This document shows positions 26,889 to 32,000 of a stretch of 32,000 bases of DNA, piece after piece. Source of the DNA: a virus. The DNA lies in the IMG/VR virus record IMGVR_UViG_3300045988_188311, positions 8,293 through 40,292 of that record; one strand, 5' to 3'. A model generated the notes under the pieces. It did not search any database. It saw nothing but the letters and a program-made list of their open reading frames with translations, and had not been told where the DNA came from. The position numbers and the translations under genes were made by a program. Numbering within the stretch: position 1 is the stretch's first letter; each line of letters begins with the position of its first letter.

Positions 26889-26900
26889 TGTGCTATAATT
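26889..26900 (+). promoter_or_regulatory. Extended -10 promoter TGTGCTATAATT in front of the endolysin
   Basis: TGn plus a perfect TATAAT (26894-26899). The identical 12-mer recurs at 27958-27969. Confidence 0.55.
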
Positions 26901-26922
26901 GGTACATAAAGGAGGATTTTTA

Positions 26923-27684
26923 ATAAATTATCAAAATTTTAAAAAAGCCGTATTAGGCAAAGCGTTCGACATTGACGGATACTATGGTGCGCAGTGTTGG
27001 GACGGATTCGCAAAGTACATGATTGATTTAGGCTATCAAGCTATCCATTGCACGACAAGTAGTTTTGTTAAGGACATTTGGAACAACCGAAAAACAAATG
27101 GTATCTTGAATTATTGCAATGAGGTATCAATCATGCAACCGGGAGACATTGCCGTCTTTAAAGAAGTAGCAGGAGTTACGCCATACAGTCATATTGCAAT
27201 CTTTGATTCTGATATTGACGGAAAGCAAGGATGGTTCTTGGGCCAAAACCAAGGTGGAAAAGGTGGAGCATTCAATTTAATTAAATTGCCTTATTATGCA
27301 ACCTTTGATACTGCGTTTAGACCTAAATGTTTTGCGAATACAGGAGCAGTTAAACCAAGTATTCCACAACCCGTAGAAAAGATTGACCAAATCTTGCACG
27401 CAGGAAGCTACGTAACATCCGTACAAATGAAGATTGGCAATCAAGGATTGAAACAAATCAATAGCGATTTATGCGCATACCTTGCACCATTAGGTGGTTG
27501 GTTTCCGATTCGTTTAGTTGATAAAGTTCGTAATTCTGATGGCTACAATGACAATGTATTGCATACAACAAATGCGATTGTCTATGTTACAAGAATTCGC
27601 GTTGATGAAGTCAACGTACAAAAGAACCTTGCGAAAATCGGTGGAATTTGGGTAAATTGTGTCCCATTAATTGAAGTAGCATAA
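26923..27684 (+). CDS. Endolysin: N-terminal CHAP peptidase/amidase plus C-terminal wall-binding domain (ATA start)
   Basis: DIDGYYGAQCWD supplies the CHAP catalytic Cys context, and YSHIAIF the His. AAGGAGGA (26909-26916) lies 6 nt before ATA 26923. The track's TTG 26899 overlaps the -10 box. Confidence 0.8.
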   Translation: MNYQNFKKAVLGKAFDIDGYYGAQCWDGFAKYMIDLGYQAIHCTTSSFVKDIWNNRKTNGILNYCNEVSIMQPGDIAVFKEVAGVTPYSHIAIFDSDIDGKQGWFLGQNQGGKGGAFNLIKLPYYATFDTAFRPKCFANTGAVKPSIPQPVEKIDQILHAGSYVTSVQMKIGNQGLKQINSDLCAYLAPLGGWFPIRLVDKVRNSDGYNDNVLHTTNAIVYVTRIRVDEVNVQKNLAKIGGIWVNCVPLIEVA

Positions 27685-27756
27685 ATTACATATAAAACCT
27701 TCAACTATTTTTTGTATATTTTTATAGCTCATCTACTAGAGTAGAAGGAGTTCCCT

Positions 27757-27790
27757 AGGACGTATGATTTATACGTCCTTTGCTTTTTTG
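27757..27790 (+). terminator. Rho-independent terminator after the endolysin
   Basis: AGGACGTAT-gattt-ATACGTCCT followed by TTGCTTTTTT. Confidence 0.8.
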
Positions 27791-27847
27791 TGTTAAAATA
27801 TAAGCACATAGATTAGCAGAGTGCACAATGCAACCAATACCATAATA

Positions 27848-27958
27848 TGGTATAATGTCTATGCTTAGGAGAATATGATTGTATTCTTTTTATCTCGTGT
27901 ACCAATTATAGGAACAAGGAGAAACGAAACTGCCACATATTTAATTGTGGCAGTTTTT
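27848..27958 (+). ncRNA. Candidate small RNA unit A (extended -10 TGGTATAAT to strong terminator)
   Basis: TATAAT at 27851-27856 with TG upstream. The terminator CTGCCACA-tatttaat-TGTGGCAG plus TTTTT ends at 27958. It contains a 30-codon ORF (27875..27967), but that ORF has a 3-nt SD spacing and runs through the terminator. Confidence 0.3.
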
Positions 27959-28168
27959 GTGCTATAATTAATGATGGAAAAAGCCAAGTTAGTCAAATGG
28001 CTTTCAAAGAAGAAACATATCTATTGACGAATATTTATGTTTATCAGATTTTCTTGCAAAGAACCTAGCTAGAAATAAAAAAGCAGATGTTTAAATCGTA
28101 AGACTTATTTTTTATTCCACTGATTAGAATGCAGACTAGTAGCATTTGAAAAGTGGTCTTTTTTTTAT
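27958..28168 (+). ncRNA. Candidate small RNA unit B (TGTGCTATAATT promoter to composite terminator)
   Basis: The promoter 12-mer is identical to the endolysin promoter. Hairpin AAGCCA..TGGCTT. Terminator CCACT..AATGC..GCATT..AGTGG plus T8 at 28117-28168. It contains only an 18-codon ORF with no SD. Confidence 0.25.
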
Positions 28169-28176
28169 TTTCCTAA

Positions 28177-28240
28177 AAAAGTTCTTTACATGTATGTACA
28201 TGTATGTTAATATATATATGTACTTAAAGTACACAGGAGG
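28177..28240 (+). promoter_or_regulatory. Promoter-operator copy 1 (P1)
   Basis: -35 TTTACA (28185-28190), 17 nt spacer, -10 TAATAT (28208-28213). The spacer carries ACATGT-ATGT-ACATGT. The inverted repeat TGTACTT-A-AAGTACA (28219-28233) sits at about +1, followed by AGGAGG. Confidence 0.65.
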
Positions 28241-28248
28241 AAACAGAA

Positions 28249-28578
28249 ATGACAAAAGAACAATTGATGAATTACAAGGAATTTGGAGAACACACTGATT
28301 TCGTAAAGAAAGCGGATGAATTAAACACTAGCGGAGATTTATACTACTATGACAAAAGAGGAATCAGAACTACAGATATCAACGATTGCCTAGATATGAT
28401 TGAATGGAAAGGTGATGTAGGATATTTAGAAGGGTGTATCGTGATTGAAGTACATCACATTTATGGATATGTTGATACAATTGAAGTACCATGCGAAATT
28501 TGTGTTGAAGGATGGGACGAAGAAGAAAAAGTATTTGATATGGAATCATACACAATCAAAGATGTTGAAGAATGGTAA
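28249..28578 (+). CDS. Small acidic hypothetical protein (109 aa)
   Basis: Consensus SD. Acidic, ends ...KDVEEW. No motif recognised. Confidence 0.65.
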   Translation: MTKEQLMNYKEFGEHTDFVKKADELNTSGDLYYYDKRGIRTTDINDCLDMIEWKGDVGYLEGCIVIEVHHIYGYVDTIEVPCEICVEGWDEEEKVFDMESYTIKDVEEW

Positions 28579-28579
28579 A

Positions 28580-28825
28580 ATGACATTTAAATATTATGCA
28601 GTTAGTAAAGGAGAAGTTGTTGATAAAAGCAACTCCTTAACAAGCTTGAGAAATAGAATGGACGAATATGTTCATTCTATGCCAAGTAATATGGATGATG
28701 TTTATATTGTTACAGGAAAAAAGAATCCATTAATCATAAAATATTATGATATGTTTAGTGATAAGTGGTATTCTAGTAGTAATAGATACAACGATATTTT
28801 TAGAAAGAAAATCACAATTGAATAA
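28580..28825 (+). CDS. Small hypothetical protein (81 aa)
   Basis: ATG 28580, directly after the upstream stop, is preferred to the overlapping track start 28445. Confidence 0.5.
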   Translation: MTFKYYAVSKGEVVDKSNSLTSLRNRMDEYVHSMPSNMDDVYIVTGKKNPLIIKYYDMFSDKWYSSSNRYNDIFRKKITIE

Positions 28826-28838
28826 GGAGGAACAAGAA

Positions 28839-29132
28839 ATGAAAATTAATAATGTTGAGGTAGTTGGAAATAAATTTGCATATGATGGGTGTCATAAGAT
28901 TTATATAATCGAGGATATGGAAGATGAACAGAAAGCTATTGATTGTGGGTATGAAATTTTAAATATTTCTGAATTAGTTGACACGTATCGAAATAGTTGT
29001 GAGCTTAGATTTGTACGAAATTGGAAGCTTGATAAGCTATATGTTGGGCAGTATGAATATGCAACATTTGAAGATAATGGGTATACATTTGAATTTGCAA
29101 ATGAATTTGATGAAGATGATGAATGGTATTAG
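28839..29132 (+). CDS. Small acidic hypothetical protein (97 aa)
   Basis: AAGGAGGAA SD 7 nt before ATG 28839 (the track start 28746 is rejected). Ends ...EFDEDDEWY. Confidence 0.65.
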   Translation: MKINNVEVVGNKFAYDGCHKIYIIEDMEDEQKAIDCGYEILNISELVDTYRNSCELRFVRNWKLDKLYVGQYEYATFEDNGYTFEFANEFDEDDEWY

Positions 29133-29144
29133 GAGGAATGGTAA

Positions 29145-29327
29145 ATGGCTTCAGAAGCAAAATTAAAAGCTAACGAAAAATACATCAAAGCGAATACAAA
29201 GACAATTTGTGTTCGCTTGAACTACAATACAGATAAAGACATCATGAATAAATTAGATGAAGTTGATTCTAAAATGGGGTATATAAAAGAATTAATCCGA
29301 AAAGATTTGCAGACTAAAAAAAAATAG
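29145..29327 (+). CDS. Arc/MetJ-type ribbon-helix-helix DNA-binding protein (putative operon autoregulator)
   Basis: AKLKANEKYIKANTKTICVRLNYNTDKDIMNKLDEV.SKMGYIKELIRKDL reads as a beta strand plus two helices, as in Arc-like phage proteins. SD AGGAGGAATGG. Confidence 0.6.
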   Translation: MASEAKLKANEKYIKANTKTICVRLNYNTDKDIMNKLDEVDSKMGYIKELIRKDLQTKKK

Positions 29328-29339
29328 TCTGTTTTCTTT
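29310..29339 (+). terminator. Terminator of cassette 1
   Basis: CAGACTA-aaaaaaaa-TAGTCTG followed by TTTTCTTT. Confidence 0.6.
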
Positions 29340-29406
29340 AAAAGTTCTTTACATGTACATACATGTATGTTATATTATATATGTACTTAATAAAGTACAC
29401 AGGAGG
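29340..29406 (+). promoter_or_regulatory. Promoter-operator copy 2 (P2), about 90% identical to P1
   Basis: -35 TTTACA (29348-29353), 17 nt spacer, -10 TATATT (29371-29376). The spacer carries ACATGT-ACAT-ACATGT. Inverted repeat TGTACTT-AATA-AAGTACA, then AGGAGG. Confidence 0.65.
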
Positions 29407-29415
29407 ATACAGGAA

Positions 29416-29697
29416 ATGACAAATTTAGAAAAGGCAGTACAGATAATTGTAAACGACTATAAAACAACACTTCAAAATGACTATTCGGATTGGGATATTC
29501 ATTCATGGTCAGATATGATTGATGCATTTGGGCAAGATTCAAGAGGTGTTAAAGAAGATGTTATTTATATATTGTTGGGAGCAAAGATTTATTTAAATGA
29601 TGATTGTGAATTAGAGGAACAAGATGGTACTATAATTAGCTATAGAAAGTTAATGAATGAAGTTAGAAAAGAATTGAAAAACAAAGTATTTAAATAA
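29416..29697 (+). CDS. Small hypothetical protein (93 aa)
   Basis: ATG 29416 behind AGGAGGA. The track start 29353 lies inside the promoter. Confidence 0.6.
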   Translation: MTNLEKAVQIIVNDYKTTLQNDYSDWDIHSWSDMIDAFGQDSRGVKEDVIYILLGAKIYLNDDCELEEQDGTIISYRKLMNEVRKELKNKVFK

Positions 29698-29710
29698 AAT
29701 GAGGAAAATG

Positions 29711-29741
29711 AAAAAAGCGTACAAATGATGTACGTTTTTTT
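29711..29741. terminator. Bidirectional terminator between convergent genes
   Basis: A6-GCGTACA-aatga-TGTACGT-T7. Confidence 0.7.
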
Positions 29742-29742
29742 A

Positions 29743-29766
29743 TTGGCATATTTTTTGGCATATTTT
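29743..29766. repeat. Perfect tandem duplication of TTGGCATATTTT
   Basis: Read directly from the sequence. The second copy abuts the stop of the minus-strand gene. Confidence 0.85.
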
Positions 29767-30145
29767 ATATTGAAAATCGCAGTATCATAGAGTACGCAGA
29801 AGTACCGTAAAATACTACAATAATATGGTGGAATATACCTGTCCGATTCTTATATCTTATATAAACGGCAAATAAAATAATAATAACTCCTTGGATAATA
29901 TAAGTGATTGGTTTTATGTTACATAATAAATTTATAATTAAATCTTCTATAGCTGTTACAGCCAATATAATACCAATAGGGTGTTCATCCTTCTCTTTTA
30001 ACCGTTGAATACCCCATCCAAACACTCCAAAATCAATGATATAAAAAATTAAATCTACGATATTATTCGAAAGTGCTATTGATACTGCAGATGTATTCAT
30101 TGCAGGAATAATCATAGAACAAACAAATAGAACTAAATATTTCAT
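29765..30145 (-). CDS. Small multi-pass membrane protein (immunity-protein-like)
   Basis: About 4 hydrophobic segments. AGAGGTG SD 4 nt before the ATG. TATAAT box upstream on the minus strand. Confidence 0.6.
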   Translation of the reverse strand: MKYLVLFVCSMIIPAMNTSAVSIALSNNIVDLIFYIIDFGVFGWGIQRLKEKDEHPIGIILAVTAIEDLIINLLCNIKPITYIIQGVIIILFAVYIRYKNRTGIFHHIIVVFYGTSAYSMILRFSI

Positions 30146-30325
30146 AAAACACCTCTAAAATGGACATACATTATATCTTGTCCTTCTTTCCTTAAATATT
30201 TGCTAAATTTTGTATCTAACACTTTTTTAAATACTATTTGTATCGCAGCTCCTTTTTCATTCTTTATGTATCTTTATATAGAAATTTTAACAAGTATAAA
30301 TTTAAAAACACAGGCTATTAGTGAT

Positions 30326-30626
30326 CTAAAATACATGATACAATTTAAAGGTAGTCAATAAGTACGTGTCCTCGTACTTAGCTTTTGCTAAGTCTCGGAC
30401 GTTTACTTTTAAAAAGTTCATGATATAATCTGAATAGGCAAAAGTTGAAGATGAATCTGCCACGTGAGAAGAACTGAATTCGTCACTCAGTTCTTCTTTT
30501 TTTACAAAAAAACAAAATATTTTTGTTTTTAGCCAATTCATTAAATTTTTCTATAAACTTAGGACAAGAAGGACAATCATCTTTTTCAAAAATTACATAG
30601 AAATCATCTTGATTATTTACTTTTTC
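30326..30626 (-). pseudogene. Thioredoxin-fold (CPSC) gene remnant, frameshifted and lacking a start
   Basis: Frame A (30626..30483) reads ..DDFYVIFEKDDCPSCPKFIEKFNELAKNKNILFF and has no start codon. It runs into a T7/A7 tract, after which the track ORF (30541..30326) continues in another frame. Confidence 0.35.
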
Positions 30627-30638
30627 TTAATGTTGCTT

Positions 30639-30971
30639 TTAATCTGTACTTTTGTCTACTTGAGTTATAGTATACTTCTTTTCACTATTCTCTTTGATTA
30701 TTGTTGGGATAATCAATTCCTCTATTATTTTATAATTTGTTGATCTTTCATCTGCAAAATAATACTCCCTAAATTTATCCAACGAAACATGTACATTATT
30801 TACAAAAGTTAAATTATTGCCATCTTTTTCCCAAATTTCATATTGATATAAATCAATGTCTGTTGTATCTAATAATACACAATATTCATTTCCACCAACT
30901 TGGAACCGAAAACCATCTAAATAATGTAGACAAAGGCTTGAATCATTCACTTTTATAATCATATATTCCAC
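30639..30971 (-). CDS. Hypothetical cytoplasmic protein
   Basis: AGGTGG SD 5 nt before the ATG. No motif recognised. Confidence 0.6.
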   Translation of the reverse strand: MEYMIIKVNDSSLCLHYLDGFRFQVGGNEYCVLLDTTDIDLYQYEIWEKDGNNLTFVNNVHVSLDKFREYYFADERSTNYKIIEELIIPTIIKENSEKKYTITQVDKSTD

Positions 30972-31143
30972 CTACTTTCGATATTTATCTTTTTATTTTT
31001 TTTCATTATAAAAGATTATTCACTTTTATTTAAGTATGATATTTTTAATTATTTTTTGATACAATTAAATAATTTGCATTTTTACAAAAAAAAGCAGGTT
31101 GTCATGCTCTTATATGCTTTGTTGTCTAGTCATCTCTATCAAG

Positions 31144-31215
31144 CTATTTGCAAATATAGTAGGCAACCATACTTGCTCCAACAGAGACTAAAAAGTTGAA
31201 GAAAAACTCTGACAC
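31144..31215 (-). CDS. Type-I-toxin-like hydrophobic peptide (23 aa), not in the track
   Basis: GGAGGTG SD (31221-31227) lies 5 nt before a GTG start. Product: (M)SEFFFNFLVSVGASMVAYYICK. The upstream CUCCUCUCUC can pair with GGGAAGGAG to mask the SD. TGATAAAAT -10 box upstream. Confidence 0.45.
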   Translation of the reverse strand: MSEFFFNFLVSVGASMVAYYICK

Positions 31216-31517
31216 GTTCTCACCTCCTTCCCGTTACCGAGAGAGGAGTTGCAGAATAGTATATCCATTTTATCATAAAATCAAATGGACAAAAATAATA
31301 ATTCTATAAATCAACTAATACCATAAAATATAATATTGTTCATCATTATTTTATCGCAAAATTTCTTCAAAAAATTTTCAAAAGCAGATAAAAGCTATAG
31401 TATTTTATGCATTTTCTTGAATTATTGCACCTTTATTTAAAGCAGAAATAACAATATAATCCACTCTAAACAAAAGCGCTTTTCGATTCCGACTGAGACC
31501 ACCATTTGTCAAAGATT

Positions 31518-31547
31518 GCACCTAGCATTTGCCAGGTGCTTTTTTTA
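31518..31547 (+). terminator. Rho-independent terminator (possible end of an ~80 nt sRNA from TATAAT 31455-31460)
   Basis: GCACCT-agcatttgcc-AGGTGC followed by T8. Confidence 0.55.
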
Positions 31548-31668
31548 TGCCTTATTTAAAGTATATTCCTACATTATGGTTATATTCAATATCATCAATA
31601 AAAGCGAATTCATTCACTCTTTTAGATAAAAGTTACAAAAAAACTACAAAATATTTTCAAAGCATATT

Positions 31669-31699
31669 AAAAACGGATAGTAAATTATCCGCTTTTTTT
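31669..31699. terminator. Bidirectional terminator
   Basis: A-run, CGGATA-gtaaat-TATCCG, T-run. Confidence 0.55.
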
Positions 31700-31744
31700 C
31701 ATCGATTTCGATTGTTTTTATTTCCCTCTAAATCCACCATTAAA

Positions 31745-31918
31745 TCAGGTGGTATGCTGAATGAAATATAAGACAATTATTATAGTAACTACGAGAATAC
31801 CAACAACTAATTTGTATTTAGCATAGTCTTTCATTCCTTTGTTCACATCATTTAATTTTCGATTATCTTCATTCAATTTATCAATCATCTTTCTTTGTTC
31901 GTCTGTCATATACCACAC
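31745..31918 (-). CDS. Small C-terminally membrane-anchored protein (57 aa), not in the track
   Basis: GAAGGTG SD. Product: MTDEQRKMIDKLNEDNRKLNDVNKGMKDYAKYKLVVGILVVTIIIVLYFIQHTT. Confidence 0.35.
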   Translation of the reverse strand: MWYMTDEQRKMIDKLNEDNRKLNDVNKGMKDYAKYKLVVGILVVTIIIVLYFIQHTT

Positions 31919-32000
31919 CTTCTCTATTCACCATCATAACAACATCAACCGAAGCAACCTGATCACAATCTAATAAACATGGTCTAGCAACATCTGTCAT

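Noticed and set aside
5894-26901. Track start codons for the ATA-start genes: ATG 5894, TTG 7690, TTG 9069, TTG 15375, TTG 17069, ATG 17916, ATG 19753, GTG 22110, GTG 23798 and TTG 26899.
   Set aside because: These codons have no SD, lie inside or upstream of the SD, overlap a -10 box, or truncate conserved N-terminal sequence (for the endolysin, the next ATG removes the catalytic Cys). An in-frame ATA at proper SD spacing explains all ten. ATG 5894 and TTG 17069 remain formally possible.
5918-26925. ATA starts as sequencing or assembly errors (G to A at the third base of ATG).
   Set aside because: Ten independent positions would all need the same substitution at exactly the start codon and nowhere else obvious. 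Three of the ATAs also form functional ATAG overlaps with upstream stops. The phage also carries a tRNA with the matching anticodon.
27875-27967. 30-codon ORF MIVFFLSRVPIIGTRRNETATYLIVAVFVL as a second toxin-like peptide.
   Set aside because: The SD-to-ATG spacing is only about 3 nt, and the frame reads through the intrinsic terminator stem. I kept it only as a note under sRNA unit A.
28445-29415. Overlapping track ORFs and starts in the accessory cassettes: start 28445, start 28746, ORF 28978..29166 and start 29353.
   Set aside because: Internal ATGs with proper SDs or immediate restart positions (28580, 28839, 29416) give non-overlapping genes. ORF 28978..29166 is an alternative frame inside the 28839 gene. 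Start 29353 lies inside the promoter.
31455-31547. The ~80-nt candidate sRNA as the antitoxin for the 31144..31215 peptide.
   Set aside because: It does not overlap the toxin transcript. Complementarity is limited to short, patchy matches (CUGAGACCACC versus CUGACAC..CACCUCC), which is too weak to support the claim.
31529-31771. Track ORF of 80 aa on the + strand.
   Set aside because: It starts inside a terminator hairpin, has no SD, crosses a second bidirectional terminator, and has a low-complexity product rich in F, L, S and K.
1-32000. CRISPR arrays, rRNA genes, integrase, recombinase or transposase genes, and IS elements.
   Set aside because: No spaced direct-repeat array was seen; the only tandem repeats are the 12-nt pair at 29743 and the collagen-like triplets. 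No recombinase or transposase motifs appear in any long ORF. The lysogeny module presumably lies outside the window.

Overview
This window is most of a temperate, A118-like siphovirus or prophage of a low-GC Firmicute, almost all on the + strand. The gene order is as follows. Early genes come first (DUF3310, dimeric-dUTPase-like, SSB), then a sigma-region-4-like late regulator. Next is a stand-alone tRNA transcription unit, followed by a ParB-like / GT-A-like / radical-SAM trio. The late genes follow: TerS, TerL, portal, a displaced 4.4 kb fibre module, minor capsid, scaffold, major capsid, connectors, tail tube, chaperones, tape measure, Dit and a Gp37-like protein. After the holin come a small sigma-r4-like protein, a five-gene insert, and a CHAP endolysin. 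Downstream lie two small promoter/terminator units and two accessory cassettes with a duplicated promoter-operator. The window ends with minus-strand accessory genes, including a type-I-toxin-like peptide. The main finding concerns translation initiation. The tRNA at 2929..3004 looks derived from bacterial initiator tRNA-fMet: unpaired 1/72, G2:C71, C3:G70, A73, A11:U24, an AGGUC variable loop and a GCAACCA 3' end. Its anticodon, however, is UAU. At least ten late genes, from TerS to the endolysin, have no usable ATG/GTG/TTG start. Each instead has an in-frame ATA placed 6-10 nt behind a strong Shine-Dalgarno site. I interpret this as a phage-encoded AUA-reading initiator tRNA that gates translation of the lytic genes. 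All functional calls come from reading motifs by eye; no database search was run.
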